Positions 39,620 to 53,090 of a DNA stretch of 64,000 nt are shown one piece after another. This DNA comes from Eledone cirrhosa (taxonomy: Eukaryota). The position numbers and the translations under genes were made by a program. Below the pieces are notes generated by a model. That model saw only the letters and a list, made by a program, of their open reading frames with translations, was not told the origin of the DNA and made no database searches. How positions within the stretch are numbered: the first letter of the stretch is position 1; the number at the start of each line of letters is the position of its first letter. Location: assembly GCA_964016885.1 (NCBI GenBank), contig OZ024742.1, positions 309,132,001 through 309,196,000 on the forward strand, read 5' to 3'.

Positions 39620-40208
39620 TTTATGTTTATGTGGTTATAAGTGTATGAATGTTCCTGTCTATACATGATTATAAATTTGATGTGTCCATGTGTGTCAATA
39701 TTTTAGTATAGTCATAAAAGTATGTTTGTATATATATTTATCATAACTGTTACAACAGACAAGATACATATACATATCTACATGACTATAATATACTGCT
39801 CCCACCTCAAGTGTTTTCCCCACAACTTCTGTAAAATTGTATATTTTGCAGATATATTTTCCAAATGTGTGCATTACGAATATGATAACATTTTTTTTTA
39901 AAATTGTCATTTTCACACACGGAAATTACTGGAAGCATCAGTATGTATCACACCAGATGTTTTGGTGCCTTTTTACATAGATGTTGAAGTTGGTGAAAAT
40001 TAGTGCAAAATATTGACTTTGAATATAAATTGACACCCCTGCCCATTTATCATTACATTTTTTTTTGTCACATATTTCTCGGTTTATACAGGAGTATATA
40101 TCAAAACTGCAGGTATTTGACACAACAAAGATCTCAAACTTTGGAGAAAGTCAAAACACAAACACCACAAAGAAAGAAATACAACTTATACAACTTTAGC
40201 TCACAGAT

Positions 40209-41224
40209 ATGATGATGATGACAATGGTGATGATGACAATGGTGATGACAATGGTGATGATGACAATGGTGATGATGACAACAATGGTGATGACGACAAT
40301 GGTGATGACAATGGTGATGACGACAACGACAATGACAATAACGATGATGATGACAATGACAATGATGATGATAATGACAATGATGATGATAATGACAATG
40401 ATGACGATGACAATGATGACGGTGATAATGGCAATGACGGTGATAATGACAATGACGGTGATAATGACAATGACGGCGATAATGATGACGATGATGATGA
40501 TGATGACGATGATGACAATGATGACAATGACGATGACGACAATGATGACAATGACGATGATGACAATGACGATGACAATGATGACGATGACGACGATGAC
40601 AATGATGACAATGACGATGATGACAATGACGATGACAATGATGACGATGACGACGATGACAATGATGACAATGACGATGACAATGACGACAATGACGACA
40701 ATGACGACGATGATGACTATGACAATGACGACAATGACGACGATGACGACGATGATGATGATAATGACAATGATAATGACAATGATGATGACAATGATGA
40801 TGATGACAATGATGATGATGACAATGATGATGATGATAATGACAATGACGATGATGATGACAATGACAATGATGATGACAATGACAATGATGATGACAAT
40901 GACAATGATGATGACAATGATGATGATGACAATGATGATGATGACAATAATGATGATGACAATGATGATGACAATGATGATGACGATGTTGACAATGATG
41001 ATGACAATGATGATAATGATGATGACAATGATGATGACAATGATGATGACAATGATGACAATGATGATGACAATGGTGATGATGGCATTGATTATGATGG
41101 CATTGATGATGATGGCAATGATGATGGCAATGATGATGACAATGATGACAATGATGATGATGACAATGATGATGACAATGAAGATGACAATGATGATGAC
41201 AATGATGATGACAATGATGATGAT
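40209..41224. repeat. 1-kb cryptic trinucleotide array (GAT/GAC/AAT/GGT)
   Basis: Directly visible; generates the His/Cys, Ile/Val, Ser/Leu and Met/Thr pseudo-ORFs. Confidence 0.95.
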
Positions 41225-42178
41225 CACAGTAATGTTGTAAACAATTCAATTGACATAAAATACAATTAAAATGTTCTTTCAGTACATTCTGGAAACTAAT
41301 ATCAATGTTTCCTAAGATACTGCCAGTGTTAAAAACCTAATGTTAATAACAAAACAGCTAAATGTCGACTATCTCCTGAATTGGAACTGATTGTGTGTAG
41401 CTTCATTTAGCTCTAATCAAATCGACTGTGTTGCAGATTTAATAGAGATAAAGAGTCTGACCACTTATAACATCATAAATACTTTTACTTGTTTAAATCT
41501 TAAATGGTCAAAGACAAAATCAATATAATTATTGAAACAAAATTACAATAAAGAACATAAAGCTTCATGACAAAACACATAACAAAATTTACAACAGTAC
41601 ACTAAACAAAAATAAATATTTTCCTCCTCTACATTTTCATGATAGAATTTGTTGCATAAGCTTCAATTGTTGAAAAAATTTATTTTAAATAAATGTCACA
41701 TGTCATATTACTGGATGTTCAATCAATGAGAATTAAGTTAAAGAATGGAATGTGCCCCCTACCCCACCCCATCATGTAATGACATTAGTTAACTCAATGT
41801 CCTACACCAAATGATACCATATTAGCAAGACATTCTTGAATAGTACTATGGTTGCATCAGATTAAAAATTAAAAATTAAAATGTCATCAGATTAAAAATT
41901 CAAGTCCTCCCATGTTGGATATTTTTCGTCTAAGGAGGAACATTTTGTGGGACATTGTTACAGGAAAAAAAAACGAGTGTCAGCTGTGTTTTTTTATGAA
42001 AGCCTACACAGGATCATAGAAGTAGAGGTCATCCTGCAACAAAGTATTTGGATATGCTATATGCTGGCATGGGAGTAAATTTAACAGATCTTGGAGTGAT
42101 AATGTTAGATCAAGACAAACGGAAAGAGTTCTGTTCATTGATTTGAGGAAACTCAACTCATGAGTGAGTGAGTAATGT

Positions 42179-42453
42179 CTTGGAAGCCTCCACAATACAA
42201 GTGGGGTTGTGGGGTTGTAAATATTGAGGTAACAAAATAAAATACAGAATGGAGAAGAAAAACAAGAATCGGAGATTATGTTACCTTGGTATTATTTATT
42301 AATCCCAATATATTTCAGATGTACTATCCCTTACTAAGGTAATCTGTTGGGAACTTCAGAGAAGCCACTGTTTGGCTCACCTTTTTCATTCCTTATCTGA
42401 TTTGTTGTTACCTCAATATTTACAACACCACCTGTATTGTAGCGGCTTTCAAG
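42179..42453. mobile_element. Small element with imperfect ~50-bp terminal inverted repeats
   Basis: 42179-42236 is approximately the reverse complement of 42405-42453 (tgtaaatattgaggtaacaa / ttgttacctcaatatttaca). Confidence 0.6.
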
Positions 42454-43010
42454 GTATAACCACTTTTCATATTCCCCACTGCTTCAAGCAAACTACAGCA
42501 CTCTTAAAATCTTTAGTTTAATGCAATTTTTAACAAGTTTTCTACAAAGTGGTTGGTAAAAGGAAGAGCACCAAGCCATAGAAAACCTGCCAAATAAAGG
42601 TTTGAGAATAGGCACTTCAGCTATCAAAGACATAACAACCTCACTAGTGCTATAGCCATAAAATGCACCTGGTGCACTCTGTAGAGTGTAGGGATATATG
42701 TGAGAAGCAGAGTCCCCAGCCTATATGAGAATCAATAGCTTTGATTAAGTATTGACTTGGCTTGTGATGAATGTCCAGATTTTGCTAGCAAGGAAAATAG
42801 ATGTTAAATAATGCCTGATAGCTGGGTAATATGCAGGAAACACTCCAAAGTAACAGGCCACTGACTATGTCTTAATAAACTATTAATCCCTACCATGGTA
42901 TTGAATACTCATTCTCACATTCATCAAAACTAAACTGATTTTATATGATACATACATACTTATATACACATACATACATTATATATATATACATGTGTGT
43001 GTGTGTGTAC

Positions 43011-43044
<34 letters not shown>

Positions 43045-43047
<3 letters not shown>

Positions 43048-43348
43048 TCATCATCATCATCATCATCATCAACGTTTAACGTCCGTGTTCCATGCTTGCA
43101 TGGGTTTGGACGGAGGTAGTCCCACTTGAGGCAAGAGTGATTGTCTTGCTCGCATAGGACTGTCTGGCAGGTTTTCTACAGTTGGATGCCCTTCCTAACA
43201 CCAACCACATTTACAGTGTGGGTCTGGGAGGTTTTTACCGTGTTGCCTACACGGCCACATTACAGCGTGGACTGTGTGTTTTTTTGTCGTGACACCTACA
43301 CGATCTCATTTGTTTCGGCCTGGATGGCGCGGCACCAACATAACTTTA
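43045..43348 (-). mobile_element. RTE LINE 3' UTR-only copy
   Basis: Reverse complement of the 28120-28434/29440-29731 sequence, with a (CAT)n tail next to (TA)n. Confidence 0.85.
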
Positions 43349-44183
43349 CATATATAATAATATTAGTGTTTTAGCTACTGAGAAGGGGGATTTTAGCCGC
43401 GATCAATGAAAAGCTAAGAAACACCAGTCAATTATATAGTGCCCTCAGTGTAACATCCCCACAACCCTCACACCATGGAACCAGTTCAGAGCCAAGTGCT
43501 CTCTGGACATGGAATAATTGAGTATATTTGCCAGATATACTTTACAGTGCTACTAGTGATAAAATAATAGACCTTCATTCTTCAGCTAGTACAACCACAC
43601 TCTCTGATAACTTGGTTAACTGAAAACTGTCCAGTGATATAAATAAATAAATAAAGAAAGAAAAAGTAATCTCTTTATGGATATAATTGCTTTCGAGCAT
43701 AAAATAGAAATGGCAAATTGAGTTCATTTGGAAAGGATTTTGGTCTGTCTGTTAAAAGATTGGCCAAGTTTAAAACAAGATAATCTCTACATAACAGGAC
43801 ACTGCATGTTAAGAATAATCATATGACTGGGACTATATTTATTATATTATTTAGTTAATTAAATCTTGTTGCACATTATGAGCAGGTTGGAAGATGGAAG
43901 AACATTATGAGTGTGAAGAGTGGTTCGACATACTATAAAATCACTCACTCTCGTGTGTGTGTGGGGGGGGGGAGCGTGTGCGCGTGCGTGTGCGTGTGCG
44001 TGCGTGCGTACGCGCATGATAGTGTACATGCATGTGTGTGTACCTTACATTATATTTATAAATTATTTCTCCAGAGTTAAAATTTACACACCACTGTCAG
44101 TAACCAAGTCACAGTGTTACAAAAATTATAATAGACTTTCTCTTTCCCCCACTTTCTCTTTCCCCCAAAATTATTGCAGGCCT

Positions 44184-44784
<601 letters not shown>

Positions 44785-44948
44785 AGGTGTATTATTGGTT
44801 GTGTAAAACAGTCCAATAAATTTATGTTAGCAATATTAAGTTCTCCACGCTTTTGTATATCTCCAATTCCATTCAAGGGAACAGCTAGATGATGTAAAAC
44901 AGAGTATAAGTATCAAAATGAAAATCTGAAGGCAAGGTAAAATTCCAA

Positions 44949-45036
44949 TCATTTAATCACGACACATGTTTCAATAAGAGATAGATCGATCGTAAAGCCA
45001 TGATCAATTATCACTGATCTCATCAGGTGAAAATGA
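44949..45036 (-). ncRNA. Type I hammerhead ribozyme motif in the left pLTR (intact core, enlarged stem II)
   Basis: The minus strand reads tcattttcac-CTGATGA-[47 nt]-GAAAC-ATGT-GTC-gtga(tt)aaatga: a 10-bp stem I with a 2-nt bulge and a palindromic ACATGT stem III. Confidence 0.6.
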
Positions 45037-45202
45037 ATTGTCTTCAAATTCTTGAGATGAGGGAGAAAATTAGCAATGTTCACTCACAGAGTTTATTCCC
45101 TTATATGAAGATCCAGTAGTCATAAATACAGTGACTGCTATCAGCTTCAGTTAGGGTCATAAAACTGTCAAATCTCCATAGCTGCAAAGGATGCTGAAGA
45201 TA

Positions 45203-46074
45203 GATAATTTTCTAGATGTTACACTTAACCTCAATTCAGGACTTTTCCAACCCTACCACAAACCCAACGAGAATCTGAACTATGTCAACGCAAAATCAAA
45301 CCACCCTAGAATAGTTACTAACGGTATTAGCAGAATTTCAGGACTATCTTCCAATGAAGATACCTTTAATAAGATCTCGAATTACTATAATAGTGCCCTG
45401 GAACGGGCGGGGCATAGCGAGGGAATCTCATTCTAACGTCCATTAAATAGTAGTAGCAACACTGCCTGCGATAGCTTAGGCCAAGATAGTGACACTTTAG
45501 TTAACAGCAGGTGGGATACGAGGAAGGATTTATATAGACTTCATGTTGTATTGCCTCCTAGTCCCAATGTTGATGGTACCAACGGAAACAACCACCCAGG
45601 TACTAACACGGGGTCTGAGTACCGTAACGCCAGCGGAAACTCTAATTGTAACCTTAATGGTAAAACAACCGTTGAACGTAATATGGAACGAGGGTCGAGT
45701 AAAGGGAATAGGGATAGGTGTAGCAGACGCATAGTGGATTTAATCTCGGCTATCGAGGGTAATCCCAATGGCTGCACGGGGGGGGGGGGTACACCGCCCC
45801 GGAGACTTGGGACGATTCAGAACACAATCGTGACACCCCAGGACACCATCGACCCACAGGCATTTTCCAGTTATAATAGACCAGTAGCTACTAAGGAGAC
45901 AGGTATCACTAATATAGTTAGTAAGAACAAGAGGCATCGGACCAGAAAAATCCTGTGGTATAACCCCCCCCCCCCCCCTTACTCCACTGGCCTGACCACT
46001 AGTATAGCTAAGCTTTTCTTTAGGGCCTTAGACAAATGCTTCCCTATATGTATATATATATATATGTATATATG

Positions 46075-46108
<34 letters not shown>

Positions 46109-46766
46109 GTATATATATATGTACCCACTCTACTACCCTAAGTATTCAGTACTTTGGTGCGTTTTGGCCCACCTGGTTCCTTACCACATAATGGCAGCTC
46201 TATGGAGGAATGGACTCATACACGTGAGGCGAGTCGGGTCTCCCCAACCCCAGGGAACATACCCATAGAGCAGACAGGAATTGAGACCCGACTCCAAAGG
46301 TACCGTGGTTCATCTGGAACTATCCAGGTTGATAACAAAAAATGTAACTGCAGGAGCACCGCCACCTGCCCCATGGCTGGGAAATGCCTCACCAAAAACA
46401 GTCTACGACTGTAAGGTCTCCACTCCTGATAGAACCTTCAGGTATGTTGGGGAAACTGCCACTGAATTTAAGGATGGATGGTATAATCACCGCCATACCT
46501 TTAATAGATTAGATTAAAAAAATAGCACAGCGCTTTCTGAATTAGTCTGGAAGCTTAAACATCAGAATATAGAGCACTCCTTATCCTGGTCCATAATTTG
46601 CTCAGCCCAACCTTATAACGGCAGCACTGGCGTTTGCAATTTATGTGTAGCTGAAACCTTTAATATTATTAGAGGCGGCCCCTATTAATTAATAGGAGAG
46701 CTGATTTTTTTTAGCAATTGCCAACATAGAACCTTGAAAACCTTCCGCAGGATTTTTGGAAAGTAA
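45203..46766 (+). pseudogene. Disrupted Penelope ORF: RT thumb, linker and GIY-YIG endonuclease
   Basis: ORF fragments 45191-45436, 45551-46075, 46154-46414 and 46281-46517, with frameshifts, stops and a (TA)n interruption at about 46046-46123. Confidence 0.88.
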
Positions 46767-47590
46767 CCTACCACTAACTCCCTCTCTACGTTAACCATAG
46801 AATTCTCTCAATAAACAGACAGCCTTCTAACTACCTGAGTGTGCGACTAAGATTTTTTCACACTTACAAACGGTACCTGACTTGTTTCCACAGAGTTCTC
46901 ACGGCTGAGTGCACTTTTAGAATACCTAGCTAGTAAATAGTTAGAATTGATTACACACTCAGGCAAGACCGATTACGCACATCTACCTTTACTTGAAGAT
47001 ACCCTAACCATTGAGTTCTCTCGGTTGGGATATAGCTAGTCGTATTGCACACTCAGTTGGGACCAATTACGCTCTCTATACATAACTCTACACACAGTAC
47101 CCGTTTTCTTTAGACATTGAGTTCCCACAGTTGCGACTGGTCACGTTCCTACCGATTGAACACCACACTAGGTTTTGATCCGTGATCATCTAACCACAGA
47201 GTGCTCAGTTACGGATTGAACAATAATACTTACACACCATTAAGGGCCTACACACATCCACTGGGTTTTGCTATCCTTTGTTATTTACTTTACCTTTTGT
47301 GTTGGATAACACACCTCCACCACTCAAACACCTATCTTAAAAGCCCAAGGGCCCATTTGACCGGAAATCGCACTTACTGACACATTAACCCAAATACCCA
47401 ACCCTACACGGAGCCCCTTGCTGGCCTACAATGCAGTTGCTTGCACGCACGGTTTTGGCGATTCAGACTCTCAATGGGACAGCGGTACATACTGAGTTCG
47501 ATATGAGCTGATTGCTTGCTCTTCACATGGATGTGTATATACTTGACATACACTTTTTCGGACGATACGGATGTGTATATACCATAACAT

Positions 47591-47729
47591 ACACTTGAAG
47601 ATACGGATGTTACAATTCAATCTATACATGTATAATAGAACACTGAACTGAACGGAACGTACGTAAGTTCAGTTCAGTGTTCTATTATACATGTATAGAT
47701 TGAATTGTAACATCCGTATCTTCAAGTGT
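47591..47729. repeat. Perfect 63-bp-arm inverted repeat with a 13-nt loop
   Basis: 47591-47653 is the exact reverse complement of 47667-47729. Confidence 0.95.
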
Positions 47730-48133
47730 CACAATTAGTGTGAGTGGGTACACACACACACACACACACTCACACACACACCGAAGCGATGTCATAGAAA
47801 AAAACACCAAATATAAGAATAAGAATATACCAACACAGCATTCACCGAAAGTTCGTTTACAAAACAACAAATGCTACATTGGTCAAATCTCAATTTGACG
47901 ATGTATGTGTATATGTATGGGGCTGTGGTTAACCCAATATTTCCAATTTACATCGTCAAATTGAGATTTGACCAATGTAGCATTTGTTGTTTTGTCAACG
48001 AACTTTCGGTGAATGCTGTGTTGGTATATTTCGGTGAATGCTGTGTTCTTATTCTTATATTTGTTGTTTTTTTCTATGACATCGCTTCGGTGTGTGTGAG
48101 AGTGTGTGTGTACCCACTCACACTAATTGTGAC
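47728..48133. repeat. ~180-bp-arm inverted repeat with a 43-nt loop
   Basis: 47728-47905 versus 47949-48133; near-identical apart from small indels. Confidence 0.93.
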
Positions 48134-48458
48134 CTTCTATGGTTCTACAGGTTTGATGCTGTGTTGATATGTGTGTATATATATATATATTTTTTTTTTT
48201 CTTTGACCTCGAGCCAGTGTGTATAGGTGTTGAGTGTGTGTGTGTACCCACTCACATTAACTGTGACCAACTGTATTTCTACAGATCTGATTAGTGTCCA
48301 GTGTCCTTTGCAGTTATGGAGATTTGACAGTTTTATGACCCTAACTGAAGCTGATAGCAGTCACTGTATTTATGACTACTGGATCTTCATATGAGGGAAT
48401 AAACTCTGTGAGTGAACATTGCTAATTTTCTCCCTCATATCAAGAATTTGAAGACAAT

Positions 48459-48546
48459 TCATTTTCACCTGATAAGATCAGTGATAATTGATCATGGTTT
48501 TATGATCGATCTATCTCTTATTGAAACATGTGTCGTGATTAAATGA
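48459..48546 (+). ncRNA. Hammerhead motif in the right pLTR (core mutated to CTGATAA)
   Basis: Same fold as 44949-45036, but with G8 changed to A. Confidence 0.5.
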
Positions 48547-48581
48547 TTGGAATTTTATCTTGCCTTCAGATTTTCATTTTG

Positions 48582-48615
<34 letters not shown>

Positions 48616-49708
48616 TTTTTTTTGTAAGTTGTACATAAGTTGATATATATACATATATATATATATTTATATTTTTTTTTATAAGTTTTTATTATAATAC
48701 TTTTGAACATTGGCATGAGGTCTGCAATTTGGAGGAAGGAGAAATTCTATTATATGACTTCAGGACTTATCTGGTACTTTATTTTATCTACCCTGGTAGT
48801 ATGAAAAGCAAAGTTGACTTTGGCAGGATTTGAAATCAGAACATAGAGAGTTGTAACTAAATACTACAAAACATTTCGTCCAATGCCCTATCCACATCTA
48901 CCAACCCACGACCCTTGTATTGTTTTTGATAATGAGCAACATAAAATATAAAGACATCTTTCTCAATCAAAATTAATGTTTGAAGTTTAAACAAGCCAAG
49001 ATGAAAGCCAATATTAATGAAGCTTCAATTTCCTAAAGGTTTTGCTGACAGACTGCAGAGTTAGGTATTTATGGGGTATTTATAGAGGCAGCAGTAGTAA
49101 CAACAGTAGCAGGTAGTAATTGCAGCCTTCCATGAAGATACAACTATTTCTTTTGTTATATTATTATTTAATACAGCAGTATTGACATAAAATTATTGTC
49201 ATTCAATAGCAGAATTGGACTAAAATGCTTCCTTCTGGGATCAATAAAATAAAGTACCAGTAACGTACTAGAGTTGGTCTAATCAACTTCCTGTCACTTA
49301 AAATTTCTGGCACTCTGCCATATCAAAGAATAAAACATCTGATCATCATAAATGAAGTTAAAATCATGTAGATTTACCTCTTAATATCCTCTAACAATTT
49401 AGCAGAAAGTATCTAAAAATAGGTTTGTTAATTCAAATGCTTATAATATCTTTACTATTGAACAGATCACTGACAATTTGCAGTATTAAATCAAAAACTT
49501 ATAGTGCTGCTTTGTACACTGCAAGAATACCTTGCTAATGTGGTTTCATGCAGTACAGATTGTTAAGTTAAATATGAAAAAGAGTTTTTTTGGTGGTACA
49601 CTTAAAAGGTCACCCACTTTAACAACACCACTTAACCTTTTGGCTTCCTTTAGCAGAGTCTAGTCTGTTGCTGTCATTTGAACCAGGGCACCAGTTTGGA
49701 GGTAGCCC

Positions 49709-49904
49709 TTAACCAGCCAGAACTCTTTCACCTCTTTCTATTCAAATAGGCTGTAACTGGCCACTCATACCTACGTTAAGGTATTGTTCTCAAAATAAAT
49801 AACATCAAAATCTCGTAGATTCGACATTATATGAAATAATTATGCAAGATAAAGCCTTTACTGCGAAAATACAATAGTAAATATAGAATAATGTAACGGG
49901 TTAA
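49709..49904. mobile_element. piggyBac-type MITE family A variant with shortened ends
   Basis: TTAACC...GGGTTAA termini with the same body as 8651-8877. Confidence 0.7.
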
Positions 49905-50837
49905 GTTGCAGTTTATTCCTCGCTTTTTACCACCAGCACCAGTTTTGGAAACTCTTCAATAACAACATGGGAACAGTTTTTCTTCTTCTGACTAAGCCAT
50001 TTAAAGAAGTATTTTTTAAATCCTTCTAGCATTGATGAAGTAATACACAAAGCCAATTAATCAATGAAATTAGGCACTATACCTGATTAGAAAGGAAATT
50101 GATAAAAATAAAATGTAAAAAATTCAATTTCACTTTTAAAAGAAAATATTAATCCACCATCATTATTTTACATCTATTTATCATGCTGGCATTGATTGGA
50201 CAGGTCATCACAATTGAAATCAGTTCTTATTTGGAGCTATTGCTCTTTTAAACAGTTTAGGAGATAGATAACATGTCATTCATACATTTCCTTTTGGCAT
50301 TATTCTACAGTGAAAACATGTGGCCTAATGGTTACAGTGTTGCATTTATGATCATAATGTCATGGGTTTCATTTCCCAGGACAATGCAACATGTTTTGTT
50401 CTTGAACAAAATACAGTATTTTCACATTGCTCCTTTTGTCACGAGTTGCAACCAGCAGATAGAATCTGCAATGAATAGACTAATGGAAAAAACAAAACTA
50501 AAGAATCCTTTCTTTCCTAGTTCTTTCCTCTTTATTTGTTCATGAACCACTTTACAGAGTTAACTACCGCATTTGCCAGCGTACAGGTTGATCTTGTGCA
50601 TAGGTCAACCCCTACAATTCTGAGGGGTAATTCAGGTTTAAGCCTATATTCGCCAGATAAGACGACCCCAAAAAAATATGGCAGTACCATCTCCCCAGCC
50701 CTAGATGTGCTTGCCATGAAACACTTCAGTCGCAAGTGAGTTCTAACTCACTGAGTAAACCAGCCTAGCCTAACCTTAAACTTATGGTAACCTTCTCTAT
50801 GAGCTACTGCAAGTTATTGATATTATTATAATCTCTA

Positions 50838-51013
50838 TCGGTAGAGTGTCGAACACCATGCTTTGACGCATAGAGTTACGGCCCTTGCTATTCTGAGTTC
50901 AAATCCCGCCGATTTTAACTTTGCCTTTCATCCTTACGGGGTCGATAAAATAAAGTACCAGTAATGCACTGGGGTAATTGCTGGCCTTGTGCCAAAAGTA
51001 GAAACAATTATTA
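50838..51013 (+). mobile_element. tRNA-derived SINE (young copy of the 18979 family)
   Basis: Near-identical to 18986-19161. Confidence 0.85.
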
Positions 51014-51459
51014 TAGTCTCTACGTTAAATAGACTTAACAAATATGAGATGCAGTAGGAAATAATTGTCGTGGGCTGTTAGAGTTGTGGTAAGTGATGTA
51101 CAATGAGTGTTAGGCAGGCAGTTTCACTGTTTACCCCTCAGTGGTAAAGGTTCACATTTTATATTCTGCAGCTAAGTTGACCTCTGGTTTAGGAGAGATA
51201 TTTTTAGGCTCCAAATGTTGACTTGTACACCAGCAGCTGGCATATATGTAGTTGCATTTTATTAAAAACCAAAAAAGAATGATAATGTTTCATATTTTTC
51301 ATCTTTGTAAAGCTTTCATGTTAACTGGTTAGAATCATTACTGGTATATATAATACAAGACCAGGAAGTTTGGTTCTACTTAACACTTGACAGTGAAAGT
51401 TGACAACTGACAGATCCAAACATGATAGCTTGTAATGAACTTCATGTATATCTGCAGCA

Positions 51460-52440
51460 TGTGTGAGTGTATGACGTGTGTGTGTGTGTGTTTGTGTGAG
51501 AGAGTGAGAGCATGACATGTATGTATGTGTGAGAGCGCGACATGCATGTGTATGTGTGAGCATGACATGTTTGTGTGTATGTGTGAGTGCATGATGTGCA
51601 TGTGTGAGTGTGCCATGAATGTATATGCGAGTGTATAACATGTATATGTGAGAGAATTAAGTGAATCTGAGTGTGACATGAATGTATGTGTGAGAGCATG
51701 ACATGTATGTGTGTGTGAGAGCATGACATGTATGTGTGTGTGAGAGCATGACATGTATGTGTGTGTGAGAGCATGACATGTATGTGTGTGTGAGAGCATG
51801 ACATGTATGTGTGTGTGAGAGCATGACATGTATGTGTGTGTGAGAGCATAACATGTATGTGTGTGTGAGAGCATGACCTGTATGTGTGCGTGAGAGCATG
51901 ACATGTCTGTGTGAGAGCATGACATGTATGTATGTATGCGTGAGAGCATGACCTGTATGTGTGCGTGAGAGCAACACATGTCTGTGTGAGAGCATGACAT
52001 GTATGTATGCGTGAGAGCATGAGATGTATATGTGAGAGTATGACATGTATGTCTAAAAACGTGACAATGTGTGAGTGTATGACATATATATATGTGTATG
52101 TGAGAGCATGATATGTATGTGTGAGTGTATGACATAAATGCATGTGAGTGTATGACATGTATCTATGTATGTAAGTATATGACATGAATGTGTATAACAT
52201 GTATGTATGTGAGTATGACGTGTGTGAGTGTATGGCATGTATGTATGTGTGTATGACATGTATGTGTGTGAATGTATAACATGTATGTGTATGAGAGCAT
52301 GACTTGTATGTGTGAGTGTATGACATGTTTACATGTATGTGTGTGTGTGAGATCATGACATATATATGTATGTGTATGATGTGCATGTGTGAGAGCATGT
52401 GTGTATGAGTGAGTGTACGATATGCATGTGTGAGAGCATG
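51460..52440. repeat. 25-bp minisatellite (gagagcatgacatgtatgtgtgtgt) with degenerate flanks
   Basis: The 25-bp period is visible from 51692 to about 51870. Confidence 0.93.
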
Positions 52441-52929
52441 AGTGAAAAACTAGAACTCCATCTATATTTTAACAATTGGACATCAATCAACAAGTCCAAA
52501 CTTTCAAACTGTGTATAAAATGAATCCTTCACTGGACTCATTCAATGAAAACATTTGGTACACAAGTTAAGCAAAAAAGCTACTACCACTATTATTTATG
52601 GTGATTGGGAGGAGACAGAGAGGGGTGATTGACCCCAGTACTAGACTGGTACTTTATTTATTGACCTTGAAATGATGAAAGGCAAAGTTGACCATGGCAG
52701 GATTTGAACTCAAAGCATTCTATCTAACATCCTAACAACTGTCAATCTGCCATCTTACCAAGGTTGAATGACCTCCATAGAAGTAAACTTCATCTCCAAT
52801 GCAAAATATACAATATTTGTATCAGTTTTGAATTCAAAACCTCTTTTGTCTACCTGAATTTTTAACTCCCCAGATATATCTTTCAAGTGTGCCAACAGTA
52901 ATTTCATCTGGTCAGTAATATTTCCATAG

Positions 52930-53090
52930 ACAGTTGACAGAAGGGTTGTCCAACACTAACATTAAATCACACAGTTGACATAAGGAGTGTCCAACACTAA
53001 CCTTACATCAAACAGTTGACAGAACAGATGCCCAACATTAATCCACACTGCACATTTGACAGAAGGGGTTTGTCCAACACTAACCTACAT
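52930..53090. repeat. ~41-bp tandem repeat, about 4 copies (cagttgacagaagggttgtccaacactaac)
   Basis: Directly visible. Confidence 0.8.

Larger units (their letters stand above)
44911..48584 (+). mobile_element. Penelope-like retroelement (Neptune-type), 5'-truncated, with ~280-bp inverted pseudo-LTRs
   Basis: RT end NFLDVTLNLNSGLFQPYHKPN..YVNAKSNHP, linker ILWYNPP.YS...LDKCFP, Cys motif CNCRSTATCPMAGKCL, GIY-YIG VY..YVGETATEFK..WYNH, and CNLCVAE. 44911-45191 is the reverse complement of 48304-48584. Confidence 0.92.

Noticed and set aside
40134-41249. 371-aa His/Cys-rich ORF as a metallothionein-like gene
   Set aside because: It is the reverse reading of a (GAT/GAC/AAT)n array that is open in five frames, with no supporting gene structure.
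50565-50686. Tc2/pogo-like MITE and the overlapping 67-aa ORFs
   Set aside because: The termini only loosely resemble TACCGTATTT/AAATACGGTA, and the ORFs show no domain.
51321-52398. His/Thr/Cys-rich ORFs
   Set aside because: Translations of a 25-bp minisatellite.
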